A stretch of 57,914 nt of DNA from Octopus bimaculoides (taxonomy: Eukaryota): assembly GCF_001194135.2 (NCBI RefSeq), contig NC_068986.1:83977691-84035604 (forward strand), in the 5' to 3' direction. A model generated the notes under the pieces. That model searched no databases. It was not told the origin of the DNA and saw only the letters and a list, made by a program, of their open reading frames with translations. Each line of letters starts with the position of its first letter. The stretch's first letter is position 1. Shown piece after piece: positions 37,886 through 51,659 of the stretch. Position numbers and translations under genes: made by a program.

Positions 37886-40800
37886 TATGAACGCAAGAAT
37901 GAACGAAATAACGAACGATCTAAAGAACGAACGAACGACGAACGAATAAACAAACGAAATAACGATTGAATGAATGAACAAAAGAACGAACGNNNNNNNN
38001 NNAACGAACGACGAACGAATAAACAAACGAAATAACGATTGAATGAATGAACAAAAGAACGAACGAACGATATAACGAATGAACGAAAGAAATAACGAAT
38101 GAACGAACGAACGAAGTAACGAACGAACGTACGAACGAATGAAAGAAAGAACGAGCGAACGAACGAAGTAACGAACGAAACAAAGGACGAACGAACGACA
38201 GAAATAACGAACGAACAAACAAGAGAACGAAATAACAAAAGAACGAAAGAACGATAGAACGAACAAAATAACGAACGACGGAACGAAAGAAATAACAAAA
38301 GAATGAACGAACGAACGGTATAACGAATGACAAACCAACGAAATAACGAAGGAATGGACGAACGTACGAATGAAATAACAAACGAATGAACGAACGAAAT
38401 AACGAACGAACGAACGAACGCAAGAATGAACGAAATAACGAACGATCTAAAGAACGAACGAACGNNNNNNNNNNNNNNNNNNNNNNNNNNNNNNNNNNNN
38501 NNNNNNNNNNNNNNNNNNNNNNNNNNNNNNNNNNNNNNNNNNNNNNNNNNNNNNNNNNNNNNNNATGAACGAACGAAATAAAGACGATCTAAAGAACGAA
38601 CGGACAAACGAAATAACGAACGATCGAATAAACGAAATAAAGACCGAACGAACGAATGAAAGAATGTACGAAAGAACGAATGCAGGAAATAACGAAAGAA
38701 CGATCGAACGAAATGACGAACGAACGAACGAATGATGGAACGTACACAATAACGTAAGTGTGAACGTGCGAACGAACGAGCGATCGAACGAACGAAAGAA
38801 TGAACGAACGGAGGAACGGAGGAACGTACGTATATACGTTCGTTCGTTCTTTCGTTCGAACGTTCGTACGTAGTACGTTCGTTCGTTCGTCCATTCGTCC
38901 GTATGTACGTACGTACTTACGTACGTTCATTCGTTCCTTCGTTCTATCGTTCGTTCCTTCATTTCGTACGTCCCTTCGTACGTACGGATGTATGTATGCA
39001 CGTTCGTTCGTTAGTTCTTTCGTACGTAAGTACGTACGTACGTACGTAAGTTCGTACGTTCATTCGTTCGTTCGTTCGTTCGTCCGTACGTACGTTCGTT
39101 CGTTCCTTCTTTCTGTCGTTCAATCGTACGTATGTACGTACGTACATACGTACGCTCGTTACTTCGTTGTTTCGTTCGTTCGTACGTACGTACTTACGTA
39201 TGTTCGTTCGTACGTACGGACGTATTTACGTATGTTCCTTCGTTCGATCGTTTTTTCGTACGTTCCTTGGTACTTATGTACGTTAGTTCGTTCGTTCGTT
39301 CGTACGTTCGTATGTTCGTTCGTTCGTTCGTACGTATGTACGTTCGTTCGTTCTCTCGGACGTACGTACTTACGTAGTACGTTCATTCGTTTGTTCGTTC
39401 GTTCTTTTGTACGTACTTAGGTAATTACGTACGTTCATTCTTTCGTTCGATCGTTTGTTCGTTTGTACGTACGTACTTTCGAATTTTAGTTCGTTCGTTC
39501 TTACGTACGTACTCACGTACGTGTGTACGTTCCTTCGTTCGTTCTTACGTACGTACTCACGTACGTATGTACGTTCGTTCGTTCGTTCTTACGTACGTAC
39601 GTTCTTTTTTTCGCTCGTTCGTTCTTCCGTTCGTACGTTCATTCTTTCGTTCGTTCGTTTGTTCGTTCGTTTGTTTGTTTTGTTCGATCGGTCGTTCGTT
39701 CCTTCGGTCGTTCTTTTGCTCGTTCGTGTGTTTCGTTCGTTCCTTCGTACGTAGATACGTTCGTTCGTACGGTCGTTCGTGCGTACGTACTTACGTACGT
39801 TCGTTGTTTGTTATTTCGTACGTTCGTTCGTTCGTTCGATTGTTCATACGTATTTACATACGTAAGTTCGTTCGTTTTTCGTTCATTCGTACGTTCGTAC
39901 TTACTTACGTTCTTACTTACTTATGTTCGTACTTACTTACGTTCGTACTTACTTACGTTCGTACTTACTTACATTCGTACTTACGTTCGTATTTACTTAC
40001 GTTCGTTCGTTTGTTCGTTCGTACGTACGTTCATTCGTACGTACGTTTGTTCCGTCATTCGTTCGTTCTTTCGTTTGTTCGTTCGTTCGTTCATTCGTAC
40101 GTAAGTACGTACGTACTTACATACGTTCGTTCGTTCGTTTGATCGTTCCTACGCTCGATTTTTAGTTCGTTTTTCTTATGTACTTAAGTACGTATGTACG
40201 TTCGTTCGTTCGGTTGTTTGTTCATTCGTTCTTTCTTTCCTTCGTCCTTTCTTTCGTTCGTTCGTTCTTACGTTCGTTCTTTCGTTCGTATGTTCGTTTG
40301 TTCGTTCGTTTGTTTGTTTCGTTCGATCGTTCCTTCCTTCGTTCGGTTTTTGTTTGTCCGTGTGTTTCGTCTTTTCATACGTACTTACGTACGATCGTTC
40401 TTTCGTTCGTATGTACGATCATTCGTACTTTCGTTCTTTCTTTCGTTCCTTAGTTCGTTCGTTCGTCCTATCGTTCGTTCGTTCGTCCTATCGTTCGTTC
40501 GTTCTTTCGTTCGTTCGTTCGATCGTTCGATCGTTCGTTCGTTCGTTCGTTCGTTCGATCATTCGTTCGTACGTACTTAGTTACGTACGTACTTAGTTAC
40601 ATACGTACTTAGTTACGTACGTTCGTTCGTTCGTACATAATTTCTTACGTACGCACGTACGTTCTTTCGTTCGTTAGTTTGCTCGTACGTATGTACGTTC
40701 GTTCGTAAGTTCTTTCGGACGTACGTTCCTTCGATCGTTCGTTCGTTCGTTCATTCGTACGTACGTACGTACATACATACGCACCTTCTTTCGTTCGTTC

Positions 40801-43800
40801 GTTCTTCTGTTTGTTCGTTCGTTCGTTCGTACGTACATGCGTATATTCGTTCGTTCGTTCGTAGTTATGGACGTATGTACGCACGTATGTACGTACGTTC
40901 CTCCGTTCGTTCATTGTTTCTTTTGTTCATTCGCTCGTTCGTTCATACGTTCGCACGTGCGTTATTACGTACGTTCCTTCGTTCGTTTGTTCGTTCGTTC
41001 CTTCGTACGTACGTTCGTACGTTCATACGTACGTACGTACCTACGTTCTTTCGCTGTTCTTTCATTAATTTGTTCGTTCGATCATTCTTTCGTTCGTTTG
41101 TTCGTACGTACGTACGTTCGTTCGATATTTCGTGCCTACGTACAAAAGTACGTACTTACGTTCGTTGGTTGGTTGGTTGGTTGGTTTATTCGTTTGTACG
41201 TACGTACATACGTTCGTACGTTCGTCCGTTCGTCCGTTCGTTCGTTCGTACGTACGTGCGTACTTTCGTTCGTACGGTCGTTCGTACATATGTATGAACG
41301 TACGTAAATACGTACGTACATACGTACGTTCGTTCGTTCGATTGTTCATACGTACGTACGTTCGTTCGTTCTTTCGTTTGTACCTACGTACGTTCGTTCG
41401 TTCGTTCATTCGTTCATACGCACGCACGTAAGTTCATTCGTTTGTTCGTTCATTCGTTCGATCTTCCGTACGTACGTAGGTACGTACGTTTATTCGCCCG
41501 TTCATTCGTTCGGTCTTTCGTACGTTCGTTCGTTCGTTCGTTAGTTCTTTCGCATGTTCTTTCGTTCGTTTGTTTCTTTCAATCGATCGTTCGTACCTTC
41601 GTTTGTTCTTTCGTTCTGTCGTTTGTTTCGTTCATTCGTACATACGCAAGTACGTACGTATGATCGTTCATTCGTTCCGACGTTCGTTCGATCGTTCGTA
41701 CGTACGTACGTACGTTTGTTCGTACGTTCCTACGTTGTTTCGGTCGTTCGTTCGTTCGTTCGTTCGTTTGTTCGTATGTACGTTGGTTCTTTCGTTCGTT
41801 CGTTCGTTCGTTCTTTCTTTCGTTCGTTCGTTCGATCGTTCTTTCATTCGTTCGTTCTTTCTTTCTTACGTTCGGTCGTTCGTTCGTTCGTTCGTTCGTT
41901 CGTACGTATGTACTTACTTACGTACATATGTTCTTTCGTTCGTACGTTCGTACGTACGTGTGTTCGTTCGTTCGTTAGTACGTTCTTTCGGACGTACGTA
42001 AGTTTGTTCGTTTGTTTTTTCCTTCATCCGTTCGTATGTATGTACGGATATACGTAGGTTCATTCGTTCGTTCTTTCGTTCGTTCGTTCGTTTATTACGT
42101 TCTTCCATATATTCGTTCGTCCGTTTGTTTTTTCGTTCATACGTACGAACATATGTACGTATGTTCCTTCGTTTGTTCATTCGTTCGTTCCTTCGTTCGT
42201 TCGTTATTACATACGCAGGTACATACTTACGTACGTTTGTGCGTTCGTTCCTTCGTACGTACGTACGTTCTTTCGTTCTTTCGGACTACGTACCTACATA
42301 CGTTCATTCGCTTCTTCGTTCATTCGTTCTTTCGTTCATTCGTTCGTTCATTCGTTCGTTCGTTCGATATTTCGTGCCTACGTAGAAATATACGTACGTA
42401 CGTCCGATCGTTCGTTCGTTCGATGGATCGATCGTTCTCTCGCACATACCTACGTGCGTACGATCCTTCTTTCGTTCGTTCGTTCGTTCGTTCGTACTTA
42501 CGTACGTTCGTTCCTTCGTTTGTTCTTTCGTTATTCGTTCGTACTTTTGTTCGTTCGTTCTTTCGTAGGTTCGGTCGGTCGTACTTTTGTTCGTTTGTTA
42601 TTTCGTACGTTCGTTCATTCGTTTGTTCGTTCGATTGTTCGTTCGATTGTTCGATCGTACGTATTTACGTTAGTTTGTTCGTTCGTTCGTTCGTACGTTC
42701 GTTCGTTCGTTCCTTCGTTTTCTCATTTGTTCCTTTGTACGTAGGTTCGTTCGTTCGTTCGTCCGGTCGTACTTACGTACGTATGTTCATTCGTTTGCTC
42801 GTTCGTTCATTCGGTCGTTCGTTCGTACGTACTTACGTACGTACCTTCGTTAGTTCGTTCGTACGTAAGTTTGTTCGTTCCATCAGTCGTTCGTTCGTCC
42901 ATTCATTCGTCCCTTCTTTTCTTTGTTCGTTCTTTCGTTCGTACGTGCGTACGTTCTTTCGTTATTTCCTGCCTACGTAATACGTACGTTCGTTAGGTCG
43001 TTCGTTCGTTCTTATGTACGTATGTACGTAGGTACGTTCGTACGCTCGTACGTACGTACTTATGTACGTTCGTTCGTTCGTTTGTTCGTTCGTACGTTAA
43101 TTCTTTCGTTCGTTCGATCGTCCGTACGTACGTACATACTTACGTACATACATACGTACGTTTATTATTCTGTTCATTCATTCGTTTGCTCTTTCGTACG
43201 TACGTACCTTTATTCCTTCATTCGTTCATTCGATCGTTCGTTCTTACGTACGTACGTACCTTTATTCCTTCATTCGTTCATTCGATCGTTCGTTCTTACG
43301 TACGTACGTACATACGTTCGTTCGTTCGTTCATACGTACGTATGTACGTTCTTTCGTTCGTTAGTACGTACGTACGTTCGTTCGTTCTCTCGTTCATACG
43401 TACGTACATACGTTCGTTCGGTCGTTCTTTCGTTCGTTCGTACGTACTTACTAACGAACATTCGTTCGTTCTTTCCTTTGTACCTACGTACGTACTAACG
43501 TACGTACTTACGTTCGTTCGTTCGTACGTTCGTGCAAACTTTCGTTATTTCGTTCGTTCGTTCGTTCGTTCGTACTTACGTACGTACGTACGTAATTAAT
43601 ACGTTCGTTCCTTCGTTTGTTCTTTCGTTCCTTCGTTCGTACTTTTGTTCTTTCGTTCTTTCGTACGTTCGGCCGTTCGTACTTTTGTTCGTTCGTTATT
43701 TCGTACGTTCGTTCATTCATTTGTTCGTTCGTTCGTTCTTTCGTTCGTTCGTTCGTTCGTCCGTTCTTACGTACGTTCGTTCGTTCATTCCTTCGTACGT

Positions 43801-46800
43801 ACGTAGGATCGTTCGTTCGTTCGTAAGTACGTACGTACGTTTTTTTTAGTTAAATCGTTCGTTCGATTGTTCAGTCGTACGCAAGTGCATACGTATGTTC
43901 GTTCGTTCTTTCGTATGTACGTATTTACGTACGTACATAGTACGGACTTTCGTTCGTTCGCTCGTTCGTAAGTACGTTCGTTCTTTCGTTAGTTTGTTTG
44001 TTCACACGTACGTACATGCGTAATATCGTTCGTTCTTTCGTTCGTTCGTTCGTGCGCTCGTACGTACTAACGTTGTATCGCTCATTCATTCGTTCGTTCT
44101 TACGTATGTACGTACGTACGTTCGAACGTCCGTTCGTTTTTCGTACGTTCGTACGTTCGTTCAGTCATTCTTACGTACGTACGCTTATCTGTTTATACGT
44201 ACGTACATACGTACTTTCGTTCGGTCGTTCGGTCGTTCGGTCTTTCGTACGTAAATAGTACGTACGTTCGTTCGTTAGTTCTTTTGTTCGTTCGTACGTA
44301 CGTACGTACAAACGTATGTACGTTCATTCGTACGTACCCACGTACGTACTTACGTACCCACGTACGTACGTACGTTCTTTTGTTCGTTTCTTCGTTCGTT
44401 CGTTCGTTCATTCGTACATACGTACTTACGTACGTACGTAGTTCGTTCGTTCGTATTTACGTACGCATGTTCGTTCTTTCGTTCGTTTGTTCGATCGTTC
44501 GTTAGTTCGTTCGTACGTACGTACCTACTTATGTACGTTCTATTTATTTATTACCCACAAGGGCTAAATATAGAGGGGGCAAACAAGGACAGACAAGGGG
44601 ATTAAGTCGATTACATCGACCCCCTATGATTAACTGATACTTATTTAATCGACCCCGAAAGGATAAAATGCAAAGTCGACCTCGGCGGAATTTGAACGTA
44701 GCGGTAAAAGAAATACTGCTAGGCATTTCGCCCACCGTGCTAACGTTTCTGCCAGCTTATGTACGTTCGTTCGTTCCTTCGAACGTATGGACGTACGTTC
44801 GTTCGTTAGTTCGTTCGTACGTCCGTACGTTCATTCGTTAGTTCGTTCGTTCGTTCGGTCTTTCGTTCTATCGTTCGGACGTACGTACATACGTTCGTTC
44901 GTTAGTTCGTTCGTTCTTTCATTCTTTCGTACGTACTTTCGATCGTTCGTTCGTTCATTTGTACGTACGTACGAACGTACGTTCGTTCTTTCTTATGTAC
45001 AGACGTACGTTCGTCCTTTTGTTAGGACGCTCGTACGTACGTTCGTTAGCCCGTTCGTTAGTTCTTTTATTGGTTCGTTCGCTCGTTCGTTCGTTCCTTC
45101 ATTTCGTTCGTTCGTTCGACCTTTCATACGTACATACGTACGTAAGTTTGTTCGTTCGTTCGTTCTTACGTTCGTACGTACTTACGTTCGTTGGTTCGTT
45201 CCTTCGTTCGTTTGTACGTACGTTTGTTCGTTCGTTTTTTCGTTCGTTCGTTCTTTCATTCGCTCGTTTGTTCGTTCATTTGTACGTACTACGAACGTAC
45301 GTTCGTTCGTTCTTTCGTAAGTACGGACGTACGTTCGTTCGTTCGGTCACTCGTACCTACGTACGTTCGTTCGTTTGTTCGTTCGTACGTACGTTCGTTC
45401 GATCGTTCGTTCGTTCGTTCGTTCCTTCATTTCCTGCGTTCGTTCGTACATGCGTACATTCGTTCGTTTGTACGTATCTACGTTCGTTCGTTTGCTCGTT
45501 CATTCGTTCGTACGTACGTAAATACGAACGAATGATTGAACGAACGAAAGAACTAATATATGTACGTATGTAAGTACGTTCGTTCGTTCATTTGTTCGTT
45601 CGTTTGTTGGTAATTACGTACGTACGTACGTTCATTCGTTATTTCGGACGTTCGTTGATTCGTTCGTTCGTTCGACCTTTCTTACGTACGTACTTACGTA
45701 CTTACGTTCGTGTTTTCGCTCCTTCGTTTGTTTGTTAGTACGTATGTTCGTTCGATCGTTCGTTCTTTCGTTCGTTCTTTCATTCGTTCGTTCGTTCGTT
45801 CGTTCATTGTATGTACTTACGGACGTACGTTCGTTCGTTCGTTCTGTCGTACGTACGTACGTGATTACAAACGTACGTAATTACATACGTACATATATTC
45901 GTTCTTTCGTTCGTTCTCTCGTTCCTTCGTTTGTTTGTTAGTACGTACGTTCGTTCGTTCGTTCGTTCTTTCGTTCGTTCGTTCGTTTGTTCGTTCGTTC
46001 ATTTGTACGTACGTACGTACGAACGTACGTTCGTTCGTTCTTTCGTAAGTACGGACGTACGTTCGTTCGCCCGTTCGTTAGTTCTTTCATTCGTTCGCTC
46101 GTTCGTTTGTTCCTTCATTTCGTTCGTTCGTTCTTACATACGTACGTTCGTTCGTTTGTACGTACTTTCGTTCGTTACCTCGTTCATTTNNNNNNNNNNN
46201 NNNNNNNNNNNNNNNNNNNNNNNNNNNNNNNNNNNNNNNNNNNNNNNNNNNNNNNNNNNNNNNNNNNNNNNNNNNNNNNNNNNNNNNNNNNNNNNNNNNN
46301 NNNNNNNNNNNNNNNNNNNNNNNNNNNNNNNNNNNNNNNNNNNNNNNNNNNNNNNNNNNNNNNNNNNNNNNNNNNNNNNNNNNNNNNNNNNNNNNNNNNN
46401 NNNNNNNNNNNNNNNNNNNNNNNNNNNNNNNNNNNNNNNNNNNNNNNNNNNNNNNNNNNNNNNNNNNNNNNNNNNNACGTTCGTTGGTTCGTTCCTTGGT
46501 TCGTTTCTTCGTACGTTTGTTCGTTCGTTCGTTCTTTCGTTCGTTCGTTCTTTCGTTTGTTAGTTCACTTGTACGTACTACGAACGTACGTTCGTTCGTT
46601 CTTTCGTAAGTACGGACGTACGTTTGTTCGTTCGTTCGGTCACTCGTACGTACGTACATTCGTTCACTCGTTCGTTAGTTCTTTCATTCATTCGTTCGTT
46701 CGTTCGTTTATACGTACGTTTGTTCCTTCATTTCCTGCGTTCGTTCGTACATGCGTACATTCGTTCGTTTGTACGTACCTACGTTTGTTCGTACGTACCT

Positions 46801-49800
46801 TCGTTCGTTTGCTCGTTCATTTGTTCGTACGTACGGTCGTATGTACATGCGTACGTTGGCTTGTTCGTTCGTTCGTACATACGTAAGTACGAACGAACGA
46901 TCGAACGAACGAACGATCGAACGAACGAAAGAACGAATATATGTACGTAAGTAATTACGTTCGTTCGTTCGTTCATTTGTTCGTTTCGTTTGTTGGTAAT
47001 CACGTACGTACGTACGTTCATTCTTTATTTTGTACGTTCGTTCATTCGTTCGTTCGTTCGACCTTTCATACGTACGTACTTACGTAAGTTTGTTCGTTCG
47101 ATCGGTCGTACGTTCGTAAGTAATAACGTTCGTAAGTACTTACGTTCGTTCTCTCGTTCGTTCGTTTGATTGTTAGTACGTACGTTCGTTCGTTCGTTTG
47201 TTCGTTCTTTCGTCCGTTCGTTCGTTCGTTCATTTATACGTACGTACGAACGTACGTTCGTTCGTTCTTTCTTATGTACGGACGTACGTTCGTCCTTTTG
47301 TTCGGACGCTCGTACGTACGTTCGTTCGCCAGTTCGTTCGTTCGTTCTTACATACGTACGTTCGTTCGTTCGTACGTACCTACGTTAGTTCGTACGAACT
47401 TTCGTTCGTTTGCTTGTTCATTTGTTCGTACGCACGGTAGTATGTACATGCGTACGTTCGTTCGTTCGTTCGTTCGTTCGTACGTACGTAAGTACGAACG
47501 AACGAACGAACGAAAGAACTAACATATGTACGTATGTAAGTACGTTCGTTCGTTCTTTAATTTGTTCGCTTTTCGTTCGTAATTACGTACGTACGTACGT
47601 AAGTTTGTTCGTCCGTTCATATTTACATTCGTACGTTCGTTCGTTAGTACGTTCGTTCGTTATTTCGTTCGTTCTATCGTTCGCTCTTTCGTTTGTTCGT
47701 TCATTTGTACGTACTATGAACATACGTTCGTTCGTTCATTCGGTCGCTCGTAGGTACGTACGTTCTTTCACTCGTTCGTTAGTTATTTCATTCGTTCGTT
47801 CGTTCCTTCGTTCGTACGTATGTTCGTTCTATTGTTCTTTCGATCATTCGTTCGTTCGTTCGTTCATACATACGTACGTTCGTTCGTTCAATCGTTCGTT
47901 CGTTCGTTCTTTCGCACGTTCTTATGTATATACGTTCGTTCGTTTGTTCGTTCGTTCGTTCGGTCATATGTACGTCCCTTCGTTCGTTCGTACGTACTTA
48001 CGTACGTTTGTTCGTTAATTCGTTCGTTCGTACATTCGTTTGTTCTTTCGTTCGTTCGTTCGTACGTACGTATGTACGTACTTTCATTTGTTCTTTCTTT
48101 CGTTCGTTCGTACCTTCGTTCGTACGTACGTACGTATGTACGTTCGTTCGTACGTACGTTCGTTCGTTCGATCGTTTGTCCATTCATTCGTTCATTCGTA
48201 TTTACGTAGTATGTTCTTCCGTTAGTTCGTTCGTTATTATTTACCTAGGGACGTACCTGGTTGGTTCGTACGTATGTTCGTTCTTTTGTTCGTTCGTTTG
48301 TACGTACGTATGAACGATCGAATGACTGAACGAACGAACGATCTAACGAAAGAACGAACGAACCAACGAACGTACGAACGAACGAACGTACGTACAAATG
48401 AACGAAAGAATCAACGAACGAACGAACGAACGAATGAACGAAAGATCGAACGAACGATTGAACGAACAAAAGAATGAACGAATGAAACGAACGAACGAAC
48501 GTGCATATGTATGTACGAACAGAGAAACGAAGGAAAAAACGAACCTACGTACGTACATACGTACGACCGAACGAACGAACGAAAGAACTAACGAACGAGC
48601 GATACGTAAGAATGAACGAACGAACGAGCGTACGTATGTTCGAAATTGCGAATGAATGTACGTGCGTACGTACGAACGAACGAAGGTAGGAACGTACGTA
48701 CGTACGAACGAACGAACGAAAGATTGATCGATCGAACGAAAGAACGAACGCAAGTACGTAAGTACGAACGAACGAACGAAGAAACGTACGTACGTACTTA
48801 CGTATGTACGAACGAACGAACGACCAAACGAACGAACGGACGATCGAATGAAAGAACAAAAGAACGAACGAACGTACGTACGTTCTTATGAACGATCGAA
48901 CGAACGAAAGAAGAAACGAACTAAAGAGCGAACGTAGCTGCGTACGTGCGATCGAACGAGCGATCAAACGAAAGAACGTACCATACGTCCGTACGTACGA
49001 AGGAACGAACGAATCTACGTACGCATGTATAAACGAACGACTAAACGTACGTAGGTACGTACGTACCTAAGAACGAACGAACGAACGAACGAATGAACTA
49101 ACGTAAGTGTGTACGAACGTACGAACGAACGAACATTGTAACGAACGACCTCACGTACGTCCGTACGTAAGTAGGTACGAAAGAACGAACGAACGAACGG
49201 ACGAAGGAACAAACTACCGAACGAACGTACGTACGTACAAAGGAAGGAACGAAAGAACGAACGTACGTAGTACGTACGAACGAACGAACGAAAGAACGAA
49301 AGAACCAACGAACGAATGAACAAAACAAGTAAAGAACGAACAAACGAACGAACGTACTTACGATCGAACGACCGAATGAACGAATGAAAGGATGAAAGTA
49401 CGTACGTACGAACGAACGATCGATCGAACGAACGAACGAAAGAACGAACGAACGTACGTACGTACGTATATACGAAGGCGCGAAATATTGAACGAATGTA
49501 CTTCCGTGTGTACTTACGCAAGGACGTATATACGAATGTACGAACAAACGAACAAACAAACGAAAGAATTAACGAACGAACGATCGAATTAACGAAGAAA
49601 GGAAAGTACGTACGTATGAACGAACCAACGAACGAACGAACAGAACGAACGAACGAACGATCAAACGAACGAATTAACGAACGAACGTACGTACGTACGA
49701 ACGAACGAACGAACTAACGTATGTACGAATGAACGAACGTACGAACGAACATAGAAACAAAGAAAAGAACGTACGTACGTACGTACTTACGTACGAACGA

Positions 49801-51070
49801 ACGAACGAAGGATCGAACGAACGAAGGAACTAACGAACGAGCGATACGTAAGAATGAAAGAATGAACGAACGAACAAACGTACGTACGTACGAACATACG
49901 AATGAACTAACGTACGTACGTACGAACGATAGAAAGAAAAAAAGAACGAACGAACGAACTAACGAATGAACGTACGTACGTTCGTATGTACGAACGAACG
50001 AAAGTACGGACGTATACACGAAAGTGCGGACGTACGTATGCAACTAAGTACGCACGTACGTACGCACGTACCTTCGGACGTACGTACGCAGTAAGTATAC
50101 ACTACGTAAGTATACACTACGTACGGACGTATGTATACACTTATATACGCAGGTGCCTATGCACGTACATAAGCAATACGTACGTACTTAGGCACGTACG
50201 TATGTTCGTACGTACGGACATACCTATGCACTACGTACAGACGAACGTATGCACGTACGTACGCATGTACGTATGCACGTACGAACGGAGGTACGTATGC
50301 ACGTACGTACGAACTTACATATGCACATACGTACGAACATACGCATGTACGTATGCACGTGCGTACGGACGTACGTATGCACGTACTTACGGACGAGTAT
50401 ACGCATGTACGTACGCACGCACGTATGCACTACGTACTCACGTAAGTAAGCCCGTACGTACGTTCGTACGTATGCTCGTACGAACGGAGATATGTATGCA
50501 CGTACCTATGCACGTACGTACGAACGTACGTATGCACCTACGTACGAAGGTAGGTAGGCACGTTCGTATGCACATAATTATGCACATACGTTCGCTAGTA
50601 GCTATGCACGTACGTATGATCGTACGTACAGACGTAACTATTCACGTACGTACGCACGTACGCATGCACATACGTACGGACGTACGCTTGCACGTACTTA
50701 CGCAAGTACGTATGCACGGATCTCCGTATGCACGGATCTCCGTATGCACTACGTACGCAGGTACGTATGCATGTCCGTACGCACGTACGTACGGACGTAC
50801 AAATGCATGGACGTACGCACGTACGTATGCACATACGTACAGACGTACGTATGCAGTACGTACAGACGTACGTATGCACGTAGTTACGTACATACGTCTG
50901 CAATACGTACATAAATACGTTTGCACGTACGAACGGACGTACATATGCACGTAAATACGCACGTACGTATGGACGTATGTATGGACGTACGCATGGACGT
51001 GCGTATAGAAGTACGAACGCACGTAGGTATGCACACATGTACGGACGTACATATGCACGTACGTACGCAT
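37886..51070. repeat. CpG-rich tetranucleotide-based satellite (AACG/CGTT mixed with TACG; TACG/TGCA at the right end)
   Basis: AACG-rich 37886-38830, CGTT-rich 38835-48300, AACG-rich 48310-50000, cgtacgtatgca-type 50000-51070. The ORFs listed here are repeat-derived. Confidence 0.97.
44541..44756 (-). mobile_element. tRNA-derived SINE inserted into the satellite, with TSD
   Basis: Head agctggcagaaacgttagc and tail (aaat)n on -; flanking direct repeat ttatgtacgttc at 44529-44540 and 44757-44768. Confidence 0.85.
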
Positions 51071-51640
51071 CTAAGGATGAGATAGAGAGACAGATGGAGA
51101 GAGAGAGAGAGGCAGAGACATAGACAGAGGGAGACAGAGTGAGTGACACAGAGTGGGTGAGAGAGTGAGGGAGAGTGATAGAGATAGGGAGTGAGAGAGA
51201 GAGAGAGAGAGAGAGGGAGACAAAGAGGGAGAGATAGTGAAAGAGAAAGAGAGAGTGACAGAGAAAGTGGGACAAATATAGAGAAACAGTGACAGAGAGT
51301 GAGACAGACAGACAGACAAACCGACAGAGAGAGACAGAGACAGAAAGAGAGACAGAAAGAACGAGGGAGAGAGAGACAGAGAGAGACAGTGAGAGTGAGA
51401 GAGACAGAGAGACAGAATGAGAGACTGAAAGAGACGTAAAGAGTGTGTGAGAGAGACAGAGGTGAAGAGAGAGAAAAAGAGTGGGAGAGGGACAGTGAGA
51501 GAGGGACAGTGAGAGAGGGACAGTGAGAGAAGGACAGTGAGAGAGGGAGAGAGAGTGCGAGATAGAGAGAGAATGTGAGAGACACAGAGAGAGATTATAT
51601 GTGAGAGAGAGAGAATGTGATAGATAGAGAGAAAAAATGA
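51071..51640. repeat. Degenerate (GA)n/(GACA)n purine-rich tract
   Basis: Almost pure polypurine with interspersed GACA units. Confidence 0.95.
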
Positions 51641-51659
51641 AAACGAAAAAAAAGGGAAA

